IMG/VR virus record: IMGVR_UViG_2877705454_000002
Location: 3,933 to 67,932 of that record
Direction: 5' to 3' (one strand)
Length of the DNA: 64,000 nucleotides
Source: a virus
Lineage: Duplodnaviria > Caudoviricetes
The notes beneath the pieces were generated by a model that was not told the DNA's origin, searched no databases, and saw only the letters and a list, made by a program, of their open reading frames with translations. The first letter of the stretch is position 1. Each line of letters starts with the position of its first letter. The position numbers and the translations under genes are program-made. Positions 18,093-26,145 of this stretch are shown piece by piece.

Positions 18093-19850
18093 GTGAAGCT
18101 CACCCGAGCCGACCTCGCCGCCACCTTCACCGCCCCCAGCCTCGTCTCCGCTGCCGCCCTCGCTGCCGACCTGCAATACGGCACCAGCGCAGCCGCCGTC
18201 GAACTCATCGCCGCAGCCGGCACCGGGAGCCTCGCCTGGACGTCGTTCTCCAAGGGATGGCCCGCCCACCTCTCCTGGTCCTCCGTTGCCGCGGCCGGCG
18301 TCTTCACCCAGGCATGGGCCACCACCGCCGTCGGCGGCTGGACCACCCTCTACGCGTGGCTCGTCGCAGCCGGCGCCACCGCAGCCGCGCGCGGCGTGTA
18401 CCGGCACACCACCCGGCACGACGGTCTCAAGGCCGAGGCGGAGACCACAAAGAACCGCATCCTCCTCCTGCGCGAGCAGACGGCCGCGCACCAGCTCGCC
18501 GTCCGGACGGCACCGGACATTGTCCCGGACGGCCCGGACCTGTCCGGACGCACCGTCGAGGAGCGGGAGCTGCGCACCGCCGTGTGGGAGGCACTCAAGG
18601 CCGAGCTGCCCGGCTGCCTGGTCGAGGCCACGGACGTCGGCTGGCGCGCTGTCCTGGACTGCCCGGCCACCCTCGACCGCGCCACCCTCAAGGCACGCTG
18701 GCCCAAGGTGGCCGGCGCCATGCGCGTCGACGGGGCGTTCCACCTCGACGACGGCCCGCTCACCAGCCAGCTCGTCGTCAACTACGTCGACGGCGACCCC
18801 CTCGACACCGCGGTGCCCTACGAGAGCGAGCGCGGTGCGACGTTCCTCGATCCGGTCGTCGTGTCCCGGGACGAGTTCGGACAGCCCGTCGCCATCGAGA
18901 TGGCCTACTCCCACACCCTGATCGCCGGGTCCTCCAAGTTCGGGAAGTCCACGCTCGTCAGGCTGATAGCGATCCGTCTCGCCGGGCGTCCGGACACTGT
19001 CCTGTACGGCGTCGACATGAAGCCCGGCAGCCCGGAGCTATCCCCGATGCTGCCGATCCTCCAGGACCTCGCATCCACCCCCGAGGAAGCACACGCCCTC
19101 ATGGACTGGATGCGGCAGGAGCTCGACGAGCGCGGCGCCATCCTCGCCGACCACGGCGACCAGGAATGGATCCCCGCCAAGCACGGCCGGCCTGCGGTGT
19201 ACGTCATCGTCGACGAGCACGCCGAGCTGGTCCGGCAGGGCGACAAGGGACGGAAGAAGGGGGAGCGGATCTCGGACAAGGTGGAGTCGTTCCTGGCCCT
19301 GAACAGGGCATACGGCATTCACATGATCTCGGCGACGCAGCAGCCGTCGTCCGGCGTGTTCGGCGGGAAGACCGACGCCCGCGGCAACTACGCGATCCGG
19401 ATCAGCACCCGCATGAACGACCAGGGCCACGCCCAGTTCGTGTTCGGCCGCTCCTCCGGCTACAACCCCGGCAGCCTCACCAAGCCCGGCGAGATCCTCG
19501 TCAACACCCCCGACCACGGGCGGCCGTTCCGCTCCCGGGTGCAGTGGCTGCGCGGCGAGGACTTCCGGCGTGAGATCGCCCGCCTGGCCCGCGAGACGGC
19601 GAAAGCCCCGGTGGGGAAACGCCTGATCCTGCCCGTCCCCGGGGCCACGAACCAGGAGAAGGTGCGGGCCGCGCTGGTGAAATACGGCAACTGCACGCGG
19701 CGCGAGTTGCAGGCCGCGGCCGGCCTGGACGAACGGCAGGTGCTGAAGGCGATCGAGGGGTTGAAGCCGGACGTGGAGCGCACGGACGCGGGGACGTGGA
19801 GGCTGGTCCCGGCGGACGCGTGGGAGGCGCAGGCAGTGTCCGTGTTGTAG
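18093..19850 (+). CDS. traB: TraB-like FtsK/SpoIIIE conjugative DNA translocase
   Basis: N-terminal TM region, GSSKFGKS Walker A, VDMK, VIVDE Walker B, RAYGIHMISATQQP, C-terminal wHTH. Confidence 0.85.
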   Translation: MKLTRADLAATFTAPSLVSAAALAADLQYGTSAAAVELIAAAGTGSLAWTSFSKGWPAHLSWSSVAAAGVFTQAWATTAVGGWTTLYAWLVAAGATAAARGVYRHTTRHDGLKAEAETTKNRILLLREQTAAHQLAVRTAPDIVPDGPDLSGRTVEERELRTAVWEALKAELPGCLVEATDVGWRAVLDCPATLDRATLKARWPKVAGAMRVDGAFHLDDGPLTSQLVVNYVDGDPLDTAVPYESERGATFLDPVVVSRDEFGQPVAIEMAYSHTLIAGSSKFGKSTLVRLIAIRLAGRPDTVLYGVDMKPGSPELSPMLPILQDLASTPEEAHALMDWMRQELDERGAILADHGDQEWIPAKHGRPAVYVIVDEHAELVRQGDKGRKKGERISDKVESFLALNRAYGIHMISATQQPSSGVFGGKTDARGNYAIRISTRMNDQGHAQFVFGRSSGYNPGSLTKPGEILVNTPDHGRPFRSRVQWLRGEDFRREIARLARETAKAPVGKRLILPVPGATNQEKVRAALVKYGNCTRRELQAAAGLDERQVLKAIEGLKPDVERTDAGTWRLVPADAWEAQAVSVL

Positions 19851-20112
19851 CTGGTCAGAGCCGGTTTCAGTGGGGTTCCCTGCCCCCTTCCCTGCGGGCT
19901 CGGTGCGGGTTCCTGCGGGGGAGGGCCTTCTTCGTCTACGGGACCCGGTAGGGGACTCGCTCTGCCACACTGGTGGTTCGCGTCGGGTAGCGCCCGGCAC
20001 CACGAAGACCCCGCCGGTTCCGTCCCCCGTCCGGCGGGGTCTTCGCCATTCCCGGGCCGGCATGTCGGCGCCCGGCGCTACGATCCGCCCACGAACCGTC
20101 CTTGGGGGGACC

Positions 20113-20397
20113 ATGCGCCGCACCACCACCATCCTGCTCGCCACGCTGCTGCTCGCCGGGGCCGCGGTCGGCTGCTCGTCGGAGAAGTCGTATGACGAGG
20201 TCGTCGCCGACTGCACGCAGGCCCTGAAGGATCGGGCCGACGGCGACAAGGCCAAGCCGGACGCGTGCGAGGATGTGAAGAAGGACGACTACACGGCGCT
20301 GCTGATGTCGCAGGTCCTGGATGACAACGGGTGGACGGACGAGAACGGGGACGTCGACATGGGGAAGATCCTGGAGGACTCCACGTCCACGCCCTGA
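20113..20397 (+). CDS. Lipoprotein
   Basis: Signal peptide with lipobox AVGC. Confidence 0.8.
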   Translation: MRRTTTILLATLLLAGAAVGCSSEKSYDEVVADCTQALKDRADGDKAKPDACEDVKKDDYTALLMSQVLDDNGWTDENGDVDMGKILEDSTSTP

Positions 20398-20443
20398 ACC
20401 CGCACGCGAGAGAGGCCCCGCACCGGGATGGGCGGGGCCTCCG

Positions 20444-20731
20444 TCATGCTCGCTCGTGGTCGTCCGCGAGTTGCAGGCCAGCGCAGGCGCAGAACTCGTC
20501 GAGGTCGATGACTCCTGCCCACTTGTCGTCTGTGTCGAAGCTGGCGATGGTCTCGCCCTGATCGTTGTCCACGGTGCCGCTGCCCCACCGGAAGCGCAGA
20601 TACAGGTACTTGCCGTCGCTGGTCCACGCGTCCCATTGGGATGGGCAGCCGAAGCATGTTTGTACGCTTCGCGCGAGGACGATCGGCTTGCTCGGGGCCT
20701 CCTCGTCAAGCCAGCTTTCCAGGTCTTCCAT
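20444..20731 (-). CDS. Hypothetical protein
   Basis: QTCFGCPSQWDAWT...YLYLRFRWG. Confidence 0.7.
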   Translation of the reverse strand: MEDLESWLDEEAPSKPIVLARSVQTCFGCPSQWDAWTSDGKYLYLRFRWGSGTVDNDQGETIASFDTDDKWAGVIDLDEFCACAGLQLADDHERA

Positions 20732-20733
20732 GC

Positions 20734-21054
20734 TCACGGTGTCTCCTTGGTCTGCCGCACGCCCACCACAGGACGCTCCCGCAGCTCGGCGATCTCCCGG
20801 CGCAGGCCCTGGATCGTCCGCACGAACTCCTCCGTCGTGTGCGTGGCCAGGTGGGTACGCAGCGCCCACTCCGTCCGCTCGACCTGCCGTAGGCGAGCCT
20901 GGCTCGTAACCGAGCTCATGGCCTCGTTCAGGCCCCTGGCGGACGGGTCGGCGACGATGCCGTCAAGGTCGGAGAACTTGGGCGGCGGCTGGTCGTAGTG
21001 CCAGCCGCATTCCAACGGGCACAGGTAACGGGTCGTGCCCGGGAGCGGGGTCAT
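20734..21054 (-). CDS. Hypothetical protein (C2H2-like ligands)
   Basis: CPLEC...HLATH, coupled. Confidence 0.65.
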   Translation of the reverse strand: MTPLPGTTRYLCPLECGWHYDQPPPKFSDLDGIVADPSARGLNEAMSSVTSQARLRQVERTEWALRTHLATHTTEEFVRTIQGLRREIAELRERPVVGVRQTKETP

Positions 21055-21374
21055 TCGCTGCTCTCCTCACTGCTGGGTGTAGGCGGAAGCGCTTCTCGCA
21101 GCCTCTGAAGAGCTTCAGTCGCGGAGACGAGACGGGGCTCGCCGAGTGGGGCTTTCGGGCCTTCGGACTCGTCGCGGGTCCGGGAGTCGCCGTTGATACG
21201 GATGGCGATGGTGCGGGCGCGCTCGTGGTTCACGCCGGCCCACCCGCCAATCTCGCGGAACGAGTGCCCGTCGAGGCGGGCGGCGGCGATGTCTGTGTCG
21301 AGTGCTTCTTTGGCGCGTTCGACGCTGGTGGCGCGGCAGCCGAGTTGCTTCTCCCAGTCGGTCATGTCGGCCAT
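21051..21374 (-). CDS. Small HTH regulator
   Basis: ARLDGHSFREIGGWAGVNHERAR. Confidence 0.7.
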   Translation of the reverse strand: MADMTDWEKQLGCRATSVERAKEALDTDIAAARLDGHSFREIGGWAGVNHERARTIAIRINGDSRTRDESEGPKAPLGEPRLVSATEALQRLREALPPTPSSEESSE

Positions 21375-21389
21375 GGTCTCACGGGCGCC

Positions 21390-21471
21390 GTCTGATTCCT
21401 AGACAGGATGCGTCTAGGAAGTAGACAAGCGGCCCCGGCTCTGCCATGCTCTAAGTGTCTAGAAAATAGAC
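21390..21471. promoter_or_regulatory. Three palindromic operators GTCTR-N5-TAGAC in a divergent promoter region
   Basis: 21390-21404, 21412-21426, 21457-21471. Confidence 0.75.
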
Positions 21472-21493
21472 AGCATCGACCAAGGGGGCCGAG

Positions 21494-21892
21494 ATGATCG
21501 CCAGCAACCGCACCGCCCGCAACACGCGCCGCCAGCGCACCCTCCGCGCCGCAGCCACCACCACCAAGGCCCTCGGCTACCGCACCCTCTCCGGCACCAT
21601 CGCCACCCACGTCGAAGCCGGCCGCCTCATCCGCACCGGCGACTTCCTCGACCGCGTCGGCGGCAGCGACCTCCCCGACGGACAGCAGTCCTGGTTCGGC
21701 CGCCACGTCGCCAAGGCCTACCGCAAGGCGCACGGCGGCGACGCGGTCCGCGTCTGGGCTCAGCACCGCACCACCGGCAAGTGGATCCACGTCCTCGTCT
21801 ACGGCCCCATCGACCCCGCCCTGTACGCCGGCCTCCGCACCTACAAGGCCACCCGCCACCTCCTCCCCGCCCTCTTCACGGAGGCCGCCTAG
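21494..21892 (+). CDS. Basic hypothetical protein
   Basis: 132 aa, typical codon usage. Confidence 0.72.
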   Translation: MIASNRTARNTRRQRTLRAAATTTKALGYRTLSGTIATHVEAGRLIRTGDFLDRVGGSDLPDGQQSWFGRHVAKAYRKAHGGDAVRVWAQHRTTGKWIHVLVYGPIDPALYAGLRTYKATRHLLPALFTEAA

Positions 21893-21994
21893 ACCAACTT
21901 CACGGCGCACCAGACGAACCAGACCGCCAGCCAGACCCGCAAGGAGCCGTCCACGCACGCTGAAGTCGAAGCGGTCCTGCGGGGCTGGACCCCT

Positions 21995-22456
21995 GTGGCG
22001 GTAGCCCTTCCGGATGGAACCAGTCTCACTGCGAACGTTCGTGACTTGCGCCGCCTGTTGGACAAGGTCGCGATCGACGAGAAGGGTTGTTGGCGCTGGA
22101 CCGGCTTCATCAGCCATAAGGGCTATGGCCGATTCCGCTTCGCCAGCAAGGTCGGCCACGCCCACCGCTTTGCCTACATGGCGCTCGTCGGCCCGATCGG
22201 CGACGGACTGGAGATCGACCACCGGTGCCGCGTGCGTGACTGTGTCAACCCGCAGCACCTCGAAGCGGTATCCCACGTCGAGAACCTCAAGCGCAGGCAC
22301 CCGAACGGCGAGCAGACCCACTGCAAGAACGGCCACGAGTTCACCCCGGAAAACACCTACCGACGCCCGAACGGCACGCGGCTCTGCCGCACCTGCAAGA
22401 ACGCGGAGAAGGCGCGTTATCGCGCCCGTGCTGCGTCACGGGAAGCCGACCGATGA
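21995..22456 (+). CDS. HNH endonuclease with C-terminal zinc finger
   Basis: CWRWTG...GYG...AHR...IDHRCRVRDCVNPQHLE...EN; THCKNGH. Confidence 0.9.
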   Translation: MAVALPDGTSLTANVRDLRRLLDKVAIDEKGCWRWTGFISHKGYGRFRFASKVGHAHRFAYMALVGPIGDGLEIDHRCRVRDCVNPQHLEAVSHVENLKRRHPNGEQTHCKNGHEFTPENTYRRPNGTRLCRTCKNAEKARYRARAASREADR

Positions 22457-22562
22457 CCGCCGCCCACGGCCTCGCCACTGTGACGGTGCTGTACCCCGTC
22501 GACTGCCCCGCCACCACCCGCGTCGCCCTCCTCGCCGACGCCCTCACCGCCTAGGAGCCGCC

Positions 22563-22778
22563 ATGCCCGCCGCGTTCACCCCCGCCCCCTCCGGCTTCGT
22601 CGTCACCCGTCTCCTGGACGACGGCCGCATCCTCACCGAAGGCTTCGTGTTCTCCCCGGAGCCGTTCGACGGGGGCGGACCCAGCCACGAGATCGCCTAT
22701 TCCTGGATCGACGACACCGAGACGGAGGCCGCCGCCACCGTCGCCGAGTTCGTCAACAACCTCACCCCGGCCGCCTAG
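22563..22778 (+). CDS. Small hypothetical protein
   Basis: AGGAG RBS. Confidence 0.6.
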   Translation: MPAAFTPAPSGFVVTRLLDDGRILTEGFVFSPEPFDGGGPSHEIAYSWIDDTETEAAATVAEFVNNLTPAA

Positions 22779-22787
22779 GAGCCCGCC

Positions 22788-23012
22788 ATGACCACTGTCC
22801 TCCAGATCCCCACCCCCCACGGCCACACCGTCAACATCACCGCCGCCGACACCTACCTGCCCTACACGTGGACATGCACCGGCGGCCACACCAGCCGGCA
22901 CGGGTACGCGTCCCTGCCCTTCGCCCGCCGCGACGCCCAAACCCACGCCGACACCTGCCAGCCCACCCCAAGCGACCCCGCCTCCCGTGTCGGCAACCCG
23001 CCGACCGCCTGA
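22788..23012 (+). CDS. Small hypothetical protein
   Basis: AGGAG RBS. Confidence 0.6.
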   Translation: MTTVLQIPTPHGHTVNITAADTYLPYTWTCTGGHTSRHGYASLPFARRDAQTHADTCQPTPSDPASRVGNPPTA

Positions 23013-23179
23013 CCTGCCGCACGCCAGAGGGCCCCGCCCCGGACGCCGCCATCCGGAACGGGGCCCTCACGCATGGGCTGCTCGCTCAATCCGGTCACGA
23101 CACCGTCACAACCGGCACGCGCCGACCTGCACCGCGTCTACGCTCCCCGCCACCACAACCCGCACCAACAGGGGAACGC

Positions 23180-23515
23180 ATGACACCATCCACCAGACGC
23201 CCCATGTACCCACACCCCTGGCAACGCTGGGCCTGGGCCAGCATCCCAGCCATCAGCCTCACCGCGTTCACCTTCGTCCCGTTCATCATCGCCTGGCGTC
23301 GAGGCGTCGTCGGATGGCGAACCCTCGCGATCTACACAATCCTCAGCGGCCTCACCATCGCAGGCGCGGCCACCGAACTTGATATCCGGCAATGGGGCAC
23401 CTTCTGGCGGGAAGTCATCCGCTACACAGGCTGGGCCTACCTGATTGCCGGGGTCGTTCACCTTGCTCTGCTGGACTGGCCGAGCAGGGGCCGGCACGAG
23501 ACGGCGAAGGGGTAG
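23180..23515 (+). CDS. Three-TM membrane protein
   Basis: Hydrophobic helices; lower GC. Confidence 0.65.
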   Translation: MTPSTRRPMYPHPWQRWAWASIPAISLTAFTFVPFIIAWRRGVVGWRTLAIYTILSGLTIAGAATELDIRQWGTFWREVIRYTGWAYLIAGVVHLALLDWPSRGRHETAKG

Positions 23516-23587
23516 GCGTCTCTGGAAACGTCAGGGCCCCGGAATGCGCCGCCACAGCCACCCCGGGGCCCCACCCCACCCGCCACC

Positions 23588-23785
23588 TCAGCGGCGCCTA
23601 CGAGCCTGTACTTGCCGTGTGCGGGCTGCCTTGCGGGCCATGGTGCTGCGGCCGGCTCGGGTGATCCCGGCGTTCGCGATGCGGGCCGCCTTCGACTTCG
23701 AGGCGCCTTGTCGGCGCAGGGCGCGGTACGCGGATTGGCGCGCCTTGTAGACGAAGCCTGCGCGGCCTCCTCGGTCGGACGCCAT
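23588..23785 (-). CDS. Small highly basic protein
   Basis: YRALRRQGASKSKAARIANAG. Confidence 0.7.
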   Translation of the reverse strand: MASDRGGRAGFVYKARQSAYRALRRQGASKSKAARIANAGITRAGRSTMARKAARTRQVQARRRR

Positions 23786-23826
23786 CCCCATCACCCCACT
23801 CGGGTAACGAATCAAAGTCTCAAGCC

Positions 23827-23850
23827 TGCCGTAACCTACGATTCAAAGGT
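23827..23850 (+). promoter_or_regulatory. Putative late promoter/activator box TGCCGTAACCTWCGATTCRAAGGT (copy upstream of terS)
   Basis: 22/24 identical to 26098-26121. Confidence 0.7.
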
Positions 23851-23874
23851 ACAGGCTGGCGGGAGGCATCTACC

Positions 23875-24489
23875 ATGGGCAGACCAGGCAACCCCAACAA
23901 CGACGACCGATCCGGCAACGGACGCTTCGTCCCCAGCCTTCGAACCGCAGAACGCCGTGCCGCAGCCGCCCGCCTCCGCCTCGAAGGCCACACCACCGCC
24001 CAAATCGCCGCCATGCCCGAACTCGGCTTCACGAGCGCCCAAGCCGTCAACGAAGCCCTCCGCGCCGTCCGCGAAGCCGCCATCCGCGAACCCGGCGAAG
24101 AACTCATCCGGATCGAGCTGGAGCGCCTCGACGCCCAACTCCTCCGCCTCAACGGCCTCGAAGCGAAAGCCCGCGAGGTTCTCGACGCCCGCCACATCGT
24201 CGTCAACAACGGCAAGGTCATCTACAACCCCGCCACCGATGCGCCGATGGAGGACGACACCCCCGTCCTCCAAGCCATCGACCGACTGGTGAAGATCGAG
24301 GACGCGAGGAACAGGAACGCCGAGAGGCGCGCCAAGCTCACCGGCATCGAAGCCGCCGTGAAGGTCGACGCCACTGTCCACGAAGTCACCCAGCAGGACA
24401 TCGCCCTGCAGGAGATGGTTGCTGAGATGCGCGCCAGGAACGCCAGCGTCGTTGACCATCTGCGCGCCGAGCGGGAACGGGGCGAGTGA
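23875..24489 (+). CDS. Terminase small subunit
   Basis: N-terminal HTH, directly upstream of and coupled to terL. Confidence 0.8.
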   Translation: MGRPGNPNNDDRSGNGRFVPSLRTAERRAAAARLRLEGHTTAQIAAMPELGFTSAQAVNEALRAVREAAIREPGEELIRIELERLDAQLLRLNGLEAKAREVLDARHIVVNNGKVIYNPATDAPMEDDTPVLQAIDRLVKIEDARNRNAERRAKLTGIEAAVKVDATVHEVTQQDIALQEMVAEMRARNASVVDHLRAERERGE

Positions 24490-26066
24490 CCACCGCTGTC
24501 GGCCGGACGCGCATCACCGACCCCTACGATCCGGCCGCGAACGCCGAGACGTTCGACTTCCCTGCTTGGGTTGGTGGCATCGACGCGCGCCTCCTCGACG
24601 GCACCCCCGAATACCGCGACGCCCGTATTGAGGCCACCAAATACGACCCGTTGCTCTTCGCTGTCCTGTACTGCCTGCACCACCTACGCAGCCCCGAAGG
24701 TGACATCACCTTCGCCGACGCCCACCTCAAATGGGTCCGTCTCGCCCGCCACTGGGCAATCCCACCGCGCGCGCCCATGGAGCAGCGCGACGCGTTCCTC
24801 GCCCCCCGGGACACCGGCAAGTCGACATGGATGCTGTTCATCCTCCCGCTGTGGGCGGCCGCGCACGGGCACGTCAAGTTCGCCGCGGTCTTCGCCGACT
24901 CCGGGCCGCAGGCCGAACTCCACCTCGCCACCTTCCGCAAAGAGGTCGACGGCAACACCGCGCTGCGCCGCGACTTCCCGGAACTGTGCACCGCGGGGCG
25001 TCGGCCGTCCGGGTCGGCCGAGTCCGATGCGAAGCACATGGTCATCCGGGCGAACGGCTTCATCTTCGCCGCCAAGGGAATCGACGCTTCCAGCCTCGGC
25101 ATGAAGGTCGGCCAACTGCGCCCCGACCTGCTACTGCTCGACGATGTGGAGCCGGACGAGTCGTCGTACTCCGCCTATCTGGCAGGGAAACGGCTGAAGA
25201 CGGTCACGGACGCGATCCTGCCGCTCAACATCTACGCCCGCGTCGTCTTGTCGGGCACGGTCACGCTCCCCGGAAGCGTCACGCACCAACTGGTGAAGTG
25301 GGGCAAGGGCGAGCGGGGCGAGATGAACGCGTGGGTGGGCGAGCAGCAGTTCCGCGTCCACCACCACCTGCCGATCATCCGCGACGACCACGGCAGCGAA
25401 CGATCGATGTGGCCGGCGAAGTGGCCCCTCGCCTATCTGAAGAAGATCGAACACACCCGCAGCTACCGGAAGAACTACCTCAACGACCCCATGGCCGCAG
25501 ACGGCGCCTACTGGTCGGAGAGCGACTTCACTTACGGCACCTTTCCAACCGCCCGCACCTACCTGTCCGTCGACGGCGCCGTCACCACAAAGAAGACCAG
25601 CGACTTCACTGGCCTGTCCGTCGTGAGCTGGGCGCCGGCCAGCGACGCGCAGCCAGCGCGCTGTCTGGTGAAGTTCGCGCAGGCCGTCAAGCTCAAGGGC
25701 AAGCCGTTGCGCGCCCGGATCCTGCAGATCCTGGAGAGCTTCCCCGAAATTGGCGCAATCCTCGTCGAGTCGAACCAGGGGGGCGACCTGTGGCTTGAGG
25801 TGCTCCATGACCTGCCCGTCAAAGTCGTCACCTTCTCCAACAGCGAGAAGAAGGAGACGCGCGCGGAGCGCCTCCTCAATCTGTATCAGCTGATCCCGAC
25901 GCGGGTGATGCACGCGGAGCCGCTGCCTGCGCTTGAGGAGCAGATGGTGGCATTCCCGAAGGCGCCGAACGATGACCTCGTCGATACGGTCGGCAACGCT
26001 GTCCTGCGGTTCCTGAAGCCGCCGATGCGGAAGAAGCTTTCGACGCGGTCCGTGAGCCCCAGATGA
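24486..26066 (+). CDS. terL: Terminase large subunit
   Basis: APRDTGKST, LLLLDD, SVDGA, VESNQGG, FPKAPNDDLVD. Confidence 0.93.
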   Translation: MTTAVGRTRITDPYDPAANAETFDFPAWVGGIDARLLDGTPEYRDARIEATKYDPLLFAVLYCLHHLRSPEGDITFADAHLKWVRLARHWAIPPRAPMEQRDAFLAPRDTGKSTWMLFILPLWAAAHGHVKFAAVFADSGPQAELHLATFRKEVDGNTALRRDFPELCTAGRRPSGSAESDAKHMVIRANGFIFAAKGIDASSLGMKVGQLRPDLLLLDDVEPDESSYSAYLAGKRLKTVTDAILPLNIYARVVLSGTVTLPGSVTHQLVKWGKGERGEMNAWVGEQQFRVHHHLPIIRDDHGSERSMWPAKWPLAYLKKIEHTRSYRKNYLNDPMAADGAYWSESDFTYGTFPTARTYLSVDGAVTTKKTSDFTGLSVVSWAPASDAQPARCLVKFAQAVKLKGKPLRARILQILESFPEIGAILVESNQGGDLWLEVLHDLPVKVVTFSNSEKKETRAERLLNLYQLIPTRVMHAEPLPALEEQMVAFPKAPNDDLVDTVGNAVLRFLKPPMRKKLSTRSVSPR

Positions 26067-26097
26067 CCTGACACCTTCACACCTGTCGGCCATTTCA

Positions 26098-26121
26098 TGC
26101 CGTAACCTTCGATTCGAAGGT
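26098..26121 (+). promoter_or_regulatory. Putative late promoter box (copy upstream of portal)
   Basis: TGCCGTAACCTTCGATTCGAAGGT. Confidence 0.7.
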
Positions 26122-26145
26122 GTGTCGTGGAGTGGAGGGGTAGGT

